Below, in pieces: positions 56,337 through 64,000 of a stretch of 64,000 bases of DNA. This stretch comes from a virus (Duplodnaviria; Heunggongvirae; Uroviricota; Caudoviricetes): the IMG/VR virus record IMGVR_UViG_3300009149_000021. One strand, given 5' to 3'. The notes under the pieces are model-generated. The model saw only the letters and a list, made by a program, of their open reading frames with translations. It did not search any database and was not told where the DNA came from. The translations under genes and the position numbers were made by a program. How positions within the stretch are numbered: position 1 is the first letter of the stretch; every line of letters starts with the position of its first letter.

Positions 56337-56891
56337 TTATAATAGTGTAAATTCTGACAGTGGAACTGCCTTTTGTGGTTTGTCATTATTTTTTTCATCA
56401 GGAATAGATGTTTCGCTCTCGGGTTCAGTTTCTTCAGATTTGCTCCCAGGAACGGGTATTGGAATTGTGGGTTCAGATGGTTTAACACCCGGCTCAACAG
56501 GAATTACTGGTTGCCGTTGGGTGTCCGGTCTCACTGGAGTCGATCTTTCAGGAAACTCAGTCGGTGTCTCCATTGGAATTTCAACACTAGTTCCAGCTTC
56601 CTCTTTCAATGTTGTGCCAATATCCAACACAATATTATCTTTTTCAGTTTTTGAATCAAGAAAAACGACCGAACTTGATGCATCCTTCAACAGTCTGGAA
56701 CCTCTCTTAGTTTTTCTGAGTGATTTCCCATACTCGGTCACATAAGCTCGCATTCTTGCCATAAATTTTTGAACTTTTGTTATAGTGTCCTTACAGTCTT
56801 CAACCATTTCCTTTTCGCCAGTCGTTTTAACCTGACCATATTTCTCTTCAAATTCCTTACATAATGTCCTTAGTTCATTTACATTTTCCAT
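56337..56891 (-). CDS. hypothetical protein with Pro/Thr/Glu-rich C-terminus
   Basis: ORF 184 aa; the plus-strand ORF 56218..56745 overlapping it is judged spurious. Confidence 0.4.
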   Translation of the reverse strand: MENVNELRTLCKEFEEKYGQVKTTGEKEMVEDCKDTITKVQKFMARMRAYVTEYGKSLRKTKRGSRLLKDASSSVVFLDSKTEKDNIVLDIGTTLKEEAGTSVEIPMETPTEFPERSTPVRPDTQRQPVIPVEPGVKPSEPTIPIPVPGSKSEETEPESETSIPDEKNNDKPQKAVPLSEFTLL

Positions 56892-56905
56892 TTACACCCC
56901 CCTCA

Positions 56906-57289
56906 TTATTGCTGCTGGGAGGAAATGATTTTCACTCTTTCAACAAGCATCCTTATTCCAGTTTTTTCAACTGAGTCGAGCAGAACCCTGGTGAATGACG
57001 GCCTAACAACAACATAATAACCACTCGATTCAATAAAACTATCAGACACTGCTACGCCCTTAATGGCCTGATTAACTGCACCAGCACCGATTGCGAGGAG
57101 ACGACAGCTTGGATATCTGCCGAGAAGAGAAGCGATGGAACTCCCTAACTTCTTTGTGTCTGTTGTTGCTGCCACCTTCAATTCAATATCACTCTCATCC
57201 TTTACATCGACAACCTCATCTGTTTTTGTTGTGACATCGACAGTAGTTATCTCGTCTACGATTTCGGTAACCATTTCGATTTCGGTCAT
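56906..57289 (-). CDS. SpoVS-like (stage V sporulation protein S family) domain protein with acidic N-terminal extension
   Basis: LLAIGAGAVNQAIKGVAV...SSG...VRPSFT aligns with the SpoVS core QAIGAGALNQAIKAVAIARGF...SG...IPAFT. Confidence 0.55.
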   Translation of the reverse strand: MTEIEMVTEIVDEITTVDVTTKTDEVVDVKDESDIELKVAATTDTKKLGSSIASLLGRYPSCRLLAIGAGAVNQAIKGVAVSDSFIESSGYYVVVRPSFTRVLLDSVEKTGIRMLVERVKIISSQQQ

Positions 57290-57493
57290 AGCTTCCTCCT
57301 ACTTAATTGTTTTTTGGTGAAAAAAAGCTGTAGTAGACGTCTTAATTTAATTCTATTTAAAAGAACACCAACAACTTCTTCTTCACTAATAAATATATGT
57401 AGTTGTCCAACAATTAAAAAAGATAATATAATAACACAAAACAAGGGACAGAAATTAATCTGCCCCGAAATTTTATATTTTGAAAAAATGCTA

Positions 57494-59533
57494 TTAAACG
57501 ACTGAAACTAAAATGCCTGCACACCAACAAAATGTTTTTCCATTAATGCTTTCTGAATGATCGAGACCAGCAGAGCCAGAAGCATTGAAGCCGGTTGCAC
57601 CAACTGTACCGTTAACTTCAAGTTCATATGCTGGTGTTGTTGTTTCAATACCAACATAACCACCCATAATTGCCATCGTACATGCTTGACTGATTGTGTC
57701 TGTTACTTGGTCGAGACCTATTCCAAATGAATAATCAGCACCTGAACAAACTTCTATATTTGTTCCTAATGCAACGGAATTATAACCACATGCTTTTACC
57801 TGTGTCCCAATTGCTACAGAATTATCTTCTTCTGCAAGGGCTAATGTTCCGGCAGCGAAAGATCCTGTACCACTTGCCTCTGAAAAACTACCAAGAGCAA
57901 CAGATGCAGTATTATAGGCTTTAGTACCTTCCCCGAGTGATATGGCACCCAATCCCGCTGCTTCAGTATTCCTTCCCATAGAAATCGATTGGGCCCCTCT
58001 AGCTTCAGATTGCCACCCAGCTGAAAAACTACCAAGAGAGCATGCTTTTGTATTTTTTCCAAATGCTGCTGAATATGAACCAACATGAATATCATCCCAG
58101 TTACCTATGCCATCATAACCGGCACGAAACGCTCCTTTATCTCTATTAAAGAAAAATCTCGATGCGTGTGTAAAATCATAATCCAATGTAGGAGATGCAA
58201 AAACAAAATCATTATTGTACGATAGATCAGTCTCTTGAACAACGTCTGCGATTTCCTGGAATGCTCCGCCTCCGCCTCCGCCTCCGCCCGAGACCGTTCC
58301 CGGAATCCAACATGTTCCATTAAAACAAAGCACGCAACCAGAAACAGCACCACTCGTATTAACATCACCCATTATGCTAACAACTGGTGTCATATTATTC
58401 CATTGACCACTTGGTTCATAAACCAAAAATTGACTTGTCACTGGTCCTGCTACAGTAACATCTGTTAAATCATTTAATTGTGTAGCTCCGCCTCCGCCCG
58501 AGACTGTTGCAGGAATCCATTGATTGGTTGTTCCATTATAACACAAAACACATCCACCAGCAACACCGGTCGTATCGACATCACACATCATATCAAGTAA
58601 TGGATTCATATTTGTCCAATCACCACTCGGCGACTTTACTATAAATTGCCCACCAGTTGGAGCTATTACAGTCACGTCACACAAATCATCTAAATAACCT
58701 GCGCCACCAGAAGGTGCACTGACAAATTCTAATGCATCACCACCACTATTAACTTTCAACCAGCAATCAGCAGAATAACTAGTTGGTGTATCTGTCAACT
58801 GAATAAATTGTGTTGCGCCACCAGCGCAACCTATGCAAGTGTTAAGTGTTTGAAGATTTACAGCATCTCCCCCACTTGTTGGGTTTGCCAAATCTGTTAT
58901 TCTATTATCATCCCAACTAATATCACAGCATGGTGTTATACTACCATCAATGGCAATATAAGTTCCCGAAACATACCAGCAGCAAGCATGAACATTTTGC
59001 CAATCGCAATACTCTAAATGGTAGTATTCGCAGAGAGATGGGTTTCCACCCTGAAGTCCAGGAAGAGTATTATGACTTCCAAAACCTATTGATGGTCTTT
59101 CTGGAGGACTAGTATCTATGGATATAAAATTACCACTTCCATCAATAGTCACTCTCGCCAATATAAGATGCCATTCTGGATCATAGTCTGCTATAGGAAT
59201 AACATCCATTCTGGCTATACGATAATTTTCTATTTTAGTTTCGATAAATTTATAAACCATTACGACCCAATTATCACCAACAACCCACGTACCAGTCGAT
59301 TCTGATAAAGGCATTAAAAATGTTGGGTCCCATCTAAGAACTACATTATCCTTCAGTGCAACACCATTTGTAAACTGCAGTGTTGTCGGATCATCAATGG
59401 ATACGGCCAACCCAGATGCAACACCCCTACCATCAAAAGATAGAGCATATGTCAATCTATTTGTGTGTGATGATTTGTAACTGAAATATGGATCGACCCC
59501 TCTAAGTTGTAAATCATTCCAATTCATAGCCAT
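57494..59533 (-). CDS. tail fibre / receptor-binding protein with Gly run and internal tandem repeats
   Basis: GGGGGGGG run; ~55-aa modules (CVLCYNGT..IP.TVSGGGG) repeated; C-terminal A/G/S-rich repeats resembling YadA-head/fibre repeats; followed by cell-wall amidase and structural ORFs. Confidence 0.55.
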   Translation of the reverse strand: MAMNWNDLQLRGVDPYFSYKSSHTNRLTYALSFDGRGVASGLAVSIDDPTTLQFTNGVALKDNVVLRWDPTFLMPLSESTGTWVVGDNWVVMVYKFIETKIENYRIARMDVIPIADYDPEWHLILARVTIDGSGNFISIDTSPPERPSIGFGSHNTLPGLQGGNPSLCEYYHLEYCDWQNVHACCWYVSGTYIAIDGSITPCCDISWDDNRITDLANPTSGGDAVNLQTLNTCIGCAGGATQFIQLTDTPTSYSADCWLKVNSGGDALEFVSAPSGGAGYLDDLCDVTVIAPTGGQFIVKSPSGDWTNMNPLLDMMCDVDTTGVAGGCVLCYNGTTNQWIPATVSGGGGATQLNDLTDVTVAGPVTSQFLVYEPSGQWNNMTPVVSIMGDVNTSGAVSGCVLCFNGTCWIPGTVSGGGGGGGGAFQEIADVVQETDLSYNNDFVFASPTLDYDFTHASRFFFNRDKGAFRAGYDGIGNWDDIHVGSYSAAFGKNTKACSLGSFSAGWQSEARGAQSISMGRNTEAAGLGAISLGEGTKAYNTASVALGSFSEASGTGSFAAGTLALAEEDNSVAIGTQVKACGYNSVALGTNIEVCSGADYSFGIGLDQVTDTISQACTMAIMGGYVGIETTTPAYELEVNGTVGATGFNASGSAGLDHSESINGKTFCWCAGILVSVV
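58262..58290. repeat. hexanucleotide repeat (GCCTCC)n encoding the Gly run
   Basis: ctccgcctccgcctccgcctccgcc inside the tail-fibre gene. Confidence 0.5.
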
Positions 59534-59545
59534 TATTTTCCTCCA

Positions 59546-60070
59546 TTATTTTCTCAATAGATATTTATTGAGTTTACTATATAATATATCTTTAAAAAAC
59601 ATTTCACCAGGACAATCTTTATGTGCTTTATCAACTTCCGAGTGTAACATTATATGAGATTGTGGTATTCTAAACCAATACATAATCGGAGCTAGAACCC
59701 TATATGATAATATTTCATACAATCTTGGCTTTGCCATATCCACATTAAAATTTCCAAACATACATACATGAATAGATCTTTCATTATTATTAACTTTAGA
59801 AAAATAGTCAATTGGACTGCTAAGTGGATACATCATCATTGGTTCATAATCTGGGCCAATATGTTCTATTACAAAGTGAAATGGAACATCTATTTGACCC
59901 TCCATTGTTATTGTATCTTTCTTTAAATACGGAAGCTGAAATTTATTTTTCATATCTTGTTTCAATATTTGATCATCTTTTCCTATGCACCCAGTTCCAT
60001 GTAGCACAATATATTTTGGAAATGACTTGAATGGTTTTGTTTTTCTAAAAATTAGAGGTAAAACATTCAT
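59546..60070 (-). CDS. N-acetylmuramoyl-L-alanine amidase (T7-lysozyme/PGRP, Amidase_2 family)
   Basis: KYIVLHGTG ... HSEVDKAHKDCPG matches the T7 lysozyme AHHEVAPKACPS zinc-ligand region. Confidence 0.7.
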   Translation of the reverse strand: MNVLPLIFRKTKPFKSFPKYIVLHGTGCIGKDDQILKQDMKNKFQLPYLKKDTITMEGQIDVPFHFVIEHIGPDYEPMMMYPLSSPIDYFSKVNNNERSIHVCMFGNFNVDMAKPRLYEILSYRVLAPIMYWFRIPQSHIMLHSEVDKAHKDCPGEMFFKDILYSKLNKYLLRK

Positions 60071-60075
60071 AATAA

Positions 60076-60783
60076 TTATCCGTAGACTATAGTAAGGTTA
60101 GGAACTTTAGTATCTAAAATTTCGATCACTTCTCTTTTTTCTGCAATGCCTTCATCTTTTATTCCGGCATTGATTGGTATTTCTCCATACGGTGTAGTCA
60201 GATTTTGAAATTTAGTTCTGATGTTTCCAAGTAATATTTTTATATCTGCTAAACAAAATTTAAGAAAAAACTTTTCCATATGTCCATCAATTGTATATAA
60301 ATCTGATGGATGCACTCTGTCATATGCAACTGCAGCAGCACCAGGACTGGCACCTGAAATACGAATGACATTCGGAAATATAAACTCGAATGAGAATGTG
60401 TAATACCCAAATCTATAAACTAGTCCAGACTCTTCTATGCTTGTCACATATGGGACTGAGCTTTCATAATTTAATATTCCTATAAATGGATGTTTCTGCA
60501 TAACAACATCAGAAGCCGATATTATTTCCAGCACTCCAAGAATATTACATCCTTCTGGATCATTGAAGAAAAATTGATTTGGCACCCCTGTTGAATTTGC
60601 TGTATTGGAAAAATTATAACCAACCATCCTTTTATCTGGCCAATATGAACTGAATTCTGGAATTGTAAAATCATCTAGGTACTGCCACATTTTCTCATCT
60701 GTCAATTCTAGTTTATTAAATGGTAACGCAAGTGTATCCTTTATATATCTCAGAACTTTTTGTTTTGAAAGCATTGCAATCAC
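60076..60783 (-). CDS. hypothetical structural (baseplate/tail-associated?) protein
   Basis: ORF 235 aa in the structural block. Confidence 0.4.
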   Translation of the reverse strand: MIAMLSKQKVLRYIKDTLALPFNKLELTDEKMWQYLDDFTIPEFSSYWPDKRMVGYNFSNTANSTGVPNQFFFNDPEGCNILGVLEIISASDVVMQKHPFIGILNYESSVPYVTSIEESGLVYRFGYYTFSFEFIFPNVIRISGASPGAAAVAYDRVHPSDLYTIDGHMEKFFLKFCLADIKILLGNIRTKFQNLTTPYGEIPINAGIKDEGIAEKREVIEILDTKVPNLTIVYG

Positions 60784-61979
60784 CTCTTACATAAATTTAT
60801 ACATATTTCTTCCAACCCTTCGGTTAAATGATATGTTGTCATTATTTCATTCAATTCATCATTATCAATAATATTATCATTAATAAATATATTTCTAACT
60901 TTATCTATTGTATTCCTTCTAAATTCCCAAGTTATGCCAGCATTTCTATTATCTATTTTTTCTGTAAAATAATCATGCATGACATTGTAATCCATCATAA
61001 ATAAATTTTGTCTCCAGCGTTCCTGAACGTGAGACGTTGGATCATTAAAATCGGATATCTTTTTCATCACAGTTGTGTTTTTTATATCTTTAATATCTAT
61101 TTGTGTTTGTTCTCCCAAAATTATTTTATTGACATGGTCCTCAAAGGAAATTCCGCATTTATGTAATGTAATTAAATAATTGTATGCCGTCTTCCATCCA
61201 ACCCGGGGCCAGATCCCAGGAATATCATCTCCTGGGCATCCACCCATTGTGAAAACTAGATCATACCAACTATTATGAAAACTTTCCGATATTTCTTTTT
61301 TTATTAATTTACTCAATATTGTCTTATTGGATATAAACAATGTATCTTTACTTGTCTTATAATATTGGAACACATTATTTCCTAATTTGGTTGTTTGAAA
61401 TAAATCATGATCAGATGAAAATAATAGATTTATTATTCCACTATCTGATGTTAGATTTGGATTTTCTTTTAATATAAAATGTGGGATGAAATCTGTATCT
61501 ATATTTTTTAACATAACAGATGCAACATCATTCATATTCCCAGCTATCTCATTTAATATTCGCTTTTGGAATTTTAAAACCGACACACCGGACTTAAACA
61601 TCAATTCAGGAAGGCTTGTTTTTAGAATCTTCCTCCTACATTTATAACCTTTATCTAGATGCGAATGGTATAACGATGATCCTTCATCCCAATACAAAAC
61701 AAAGTACGTTTTTATTCCTTTCGTTTCAAACCATTCTCTAGTCCTTGCCATAAACATAATGGTGTCATAGACAACTGGAATGGACTTTTCTTTATATTTT
61801 GCGGATTGGTGCATGCTTAGTATCACATCATCGTAAAATTGTGTCTTTAGACAATTCTGAAGGTCAACATAAATATAAACGCTATGCACCTTAGTCCCAA
61901 AATAATTTTCATAATCGGTCAAAAATTGTTCTGTTTGATTATATTTTAAATAATAAGAAAAGAAATTATATCTGTTCAA
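60780..61979 (-). CDS. hypothetical structural protein
   Basis: ORF 399 aa, 4-nt overlap. Confidence 0.4.
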   Translation of the reverse strand: MNRYNFFSYYLKYNQTEQFLTDYENYFGTKVHSVYIYVDLQNCLKTQFYDDVILSMHQSAKYKEKSIPVVYDTIMFMARTREWFETKGIKTYFVLYWDEGSSLYHSHLDKGYKCRRKILKTSLPELMFKSGVSVLKFQKRILNEIAGNMNDVASVMLKNIDTDFIPHFILKENPNLTSDSGIINLLFSSDHDLFQTTKLGNNVFQYYKTSKDTLFISNKTILSKLIKKEISESFHNSWYDLVFTMGGCPGDDIPGIWPRVGWKTAYNYLITLHKCGISFEDHVNKIILGEQTQIDIKDIKNTTVMKKISDFNDPTSHVQERWRQNLFMMDYNVMHDYFTEKIDNRNAGITWEFRRNTIDKVRNIFINDNIIDNDELNEIMTTYHLTEGLEEICINLCKR

Positions 61980-62723
61980 TTAAATCACTGTTCCTTTAAC
62001 ATAGAATATGGAATTAATACCTTTAAGATTTGTAGATAATTTTACAGCTGAAATTGCTTTTCCTGCAATTTCTTTATAAAACATATCTAACATAACCGAA
62101 CCACTAAATTTTGTCTGAAAGGGGATAACACTAAATGTTATCTGTGTTTTCTTTTTAAACTTGGTCGCACAGGGCAGATTGTCAATTAATGTTGATCTAT
62201 CAGTCTTCTCACTAGAAATCAGGTTAACACTCGCCTTATCTTTTTCCAAATTGAAATCTAAATTCATCGAATTGAAATGATGAGATATTGTTGAGATTCT
62301 ATCCAATAAAATTGGGGACAACTCAAAGCTCAGAATTTTATCTTCATCTTCATCGATCGCAAGTTTTCTTTTTATATCAACAGGCTCAAGATAAGAATTA
62401 TTAATAAATTCTGGTGATGCTTGTCTTAAAATAATTTCACTATAATCATCACGGATTTTAACATCATTATCTAAACATTCTATATCAACACCATTCTCTG
62501 ATTTATCAAATAACTTTAATAGAGGAATCTTATTTTTAATAAAAACCAAGCTCAGATTCAATTCCTCTGGAAATAATGGTGACAGATCACCACATAATAT
62601 AGTAGATTTATTGCTTGATCTCTGTGATAGCCGGCTTCCTTTAATATCAACATCTGTGAACAAATTTGTTATAGAATCAACATACCCCAAAAATGTTTTA
62701 AAATGTTCTTTTGCAACTCTCAT
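61980..62723 (-). CDS. hypothetical structural protein
   Basis: ORF 247 aa. Confidence 0.4.
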   Translation of the reverse strand: MRVAKEHFKTFLGYVDSITNLFTDVDIKGSRLSQRSSNKSTILCGDLSPLFPEELNLSLVFIKNKIPLLKLFDKSENGVDIECLDNDVKIRDDYSEIILRQASPEFINNSYLEPVDIKRKLAIDEDEDKILSFELSPILLDRISTISHHFNSMNLDFNLEKDKASVNLISSEKTDRSTLIDNLPCATKFKKKTQITFSVIPFQTKFSGSVMLDMFYKEIAGKAISAVKLSTNLKGINSIFYVKGTVI

Positions 62724-63175
62724 TTTTTCCTCCTACGTTTCTTCTTTTTTGGAATAATATTATCATAAATTTTTTCAATCATGTTGTCGGAATAAACATC
62801 CACATCCATGTCTTTATAAAATATTATTTGTCTTTTAACTTTTCCGATACTCATAACAACCACACTGCCCCATGAACTGAAATGGGTTAGTTGTATTCTC
62901 TGATAATTAATAACAGATACCAAAGTTGTCAATGTCTTAAAACAACTTATTCCATTAATAATCATATACATTTTTCTTCCAATATGAGCAAAATAAATTG
63001 TATTATTCTCTAGGAGATTGTTATCTAAATACTCTTTCAGATCTAACAATACCTTGAATTTATCAATATACAATTCATGATTTTTACTTTTTTTACTAGA
63101 AAAAAAAGAATTAAGTTGTTTAACTAATTTTTCTTCTGGTAAATAAAAAGATACAGATTCGCCTCTCATATACAC
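62720..63175 (-). CDS. hypothetical protein
   Basis: ORF 151 aa, basic C-terminus. Confidence 0.4.
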   Translation of the reverse strand: MYMRGESVSFYLPEEKLVKQLNSFFSSKKSKNHELYIDKFKVLLDLKEYLDNNLLENNTIYFAHIGRKMYMIINGISCFKTLTTLVSVINYQRIQLTHFSSWGSVVVMSIGKVKRQIIFYKDMDVDVYSDNMIEKIYDNIIPKKKKRRRKK

Positions 63176-63184
63176 ACCACCTTT

Positions 63185-63943
63185 CTATTTCATTTTTAAA
63201 ATAATCTTGTCAACCTTCGTTTTTTGTCCAAAATCTTTTCCATTTTTATTATACCAAATTTGAATAGATTTGCACACATTCTTGTATTTATTTAAATTCT
63301 TTTTATAAAAATTTAAATGCACGTCGTCATCAGACAATATTATAATTTTGTCAAAATACGTGACGCATTTTTCTATCATAGTAAATTTAATTGCTCTATT
63401 AAATAATTTGCCAGCAGCAACTGTATATAATTCGTAAGGATCCTCGAAGTGCATGATATTAAATATATCAAATAATCCTTCTGAGACAATTAAAGTTACT
63501 TTTTCTTTTTCTTCTACTAAATTATCGTAAACAAAAAAATCGTTTACTACATCTCCCAACTTCCAAATATAATATCTGAAATCAGATTCCTGGTCAATAT
63601 TTCTCAGTATCACCAAACTTTTATTATAAGATAGAAATCCAACAAATTTATCCTGAAAGAAATTAAATAACTTTCGTTTATGTATTTTTATAAAATTCCT
63701 TTCGGCAAAATCCTTAATATCATATATTATTCTGTCTTTCAACATATCAAACATTTTTACTGTTGGAAATCTATCCATTAAATAATTATATTTATTTTCA
63801 AATTTTTCTGGATGTTGTTCTGGAATAATCACACTCTTCTTGAAATTTCTATTTATTGTAAAATCTTCGAGCTGCTGTATTGAAAGAGTTTTCAACGCAT
63901 CCTTTTTAATAATAGTAGTTATTCTTTTCTTCACTCCAACCAA
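63185..63943 (-). CDS. hypothetical protein
   Basis: ORF 252 aa. Confidence 0.4.
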   Translation of the reverse strand: MVGVKKRITTIIKKDALKTLSIQQLEDFTINRNFKKSVIIPEQHPEKFENKYNYLMDRFPTVKMFDMLKDRIIYDIKDFAERNFIKIHKRKLFNFFQDKFVGFLSYNKSLVILRNIDQESDFRYYIWKLGDVVNDFFVYDNLVEEKEKVTLIVSEGLFDIFNIMHFEDPYELYTVAAGKLFNRAIKFTMIEKCVTYFDKIIILSDDDVHLNFYKKNLNKYKNVCKSIQIWYNKNGKDFGQKTKVDKIILKMK

Positions 63944-64000
63944 ATCAAATATTAATTTTTCTATTCTCCCTGCTTCTTCACATCTGACACATCTGTAAAC

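Noticed and set aside
56218-56745. Plus-strand 175-aa Ser/Gly/Thr-rich ORF
   Set aside because: Fully overlaps the minus-strand 56337..56891 gene, which fits the operon orientation. Its composition reflects antisense of a Pro/Glu/Thr-rich region.
1-64000. Interpretation as a giant eukaryotic virus (NAD-ligase, AsnS, ankyrin, topo II, tRNAs, intein-RNR are all mimivirus-like)
   Set aside because: The window shows uniform single-strand gene orientation with overlapping stop/start codons, Shine-Dalgarno sequences and bacterial-type tRNAs with encoded CCA. It also carries T4-type split topo II and gp46/47, a T7-type amidase, a SpoVS homolog and bacterial-like split RNAP beta/beta', all of which point to a bacteriophage.

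Overview
AT-rich window (~30% GC by eye) that reads as a segment of a large virulent dsDNA phage genome. Nearly every gene is on the minus strand, tightly packed or overlapping, with AAGGAG-type RBSs. The host is probably a low-GC bacterium; a SpoVS-like gene hints at Firmicutes, and this is inference only.

Main modules, in order along the window:
- Two tandem paralogous genes (128-1221), then a 2.2 kb ORF-free, higher-GC island (1.2-3.4 kb) full of hairpins. It contains tRNA-Lys and a ~40-nt stretch that resembles 23S rRNA.
- A tandem array of four paralogous small proteins (3.4-4.9 kb).
- A tRNA cluster (Glu, His, Pro, Asn, Gln, plus an odd UAG-anticodon tRNA) interleaved with a repeated tRNA-like element. 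The repeats flank a Ro60/TROVE (Rsr) homolog, so they are most likely Y-RNA-like (YrlA-type) ncRNAs.
- NAD-dependent DNA ligase.
- An RNA-metabolism island (20.2-27.2 kb): an RNA-ligase-like nucleotidyltransferase fused to a dUTPase-like domain, a DprA/SLOG-like protein, a CCA-adding enzyme with HD domain, a minimal Pol-beta NTase, and a SpoT/Mesh1-like HD hydrolase.
- Ankyrin-repeat protein, asparagine synthetase and a QueC-like PP-loop enzyme.
- A bacterial-type multisubunit RNAP, split: beta' N-part, and beta divided into two ORFs with its own RBS at the split.
- An E1/ThiF-like protein with a possibly degenerate JAB neighbour, then an SF2 helicase.
- T4-like SbcC/SbcD (gp46/gp47-like) and topoisomerase II (gp39/gp52-like).
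- A class II RNR interrupted by an HNH-endonuclease intein.
- A structural/lysis block: radical-SAM enzyme, HAD-like protein, SpoVS-like protein, tail fibre with a Gly run, and a T7-lysozyme-like amidase.

No CRISPR array, transposase or integrase was seen. Hand-derived coordinates (tRNAs, hairpins, intein) may be off by 1-2 nt.
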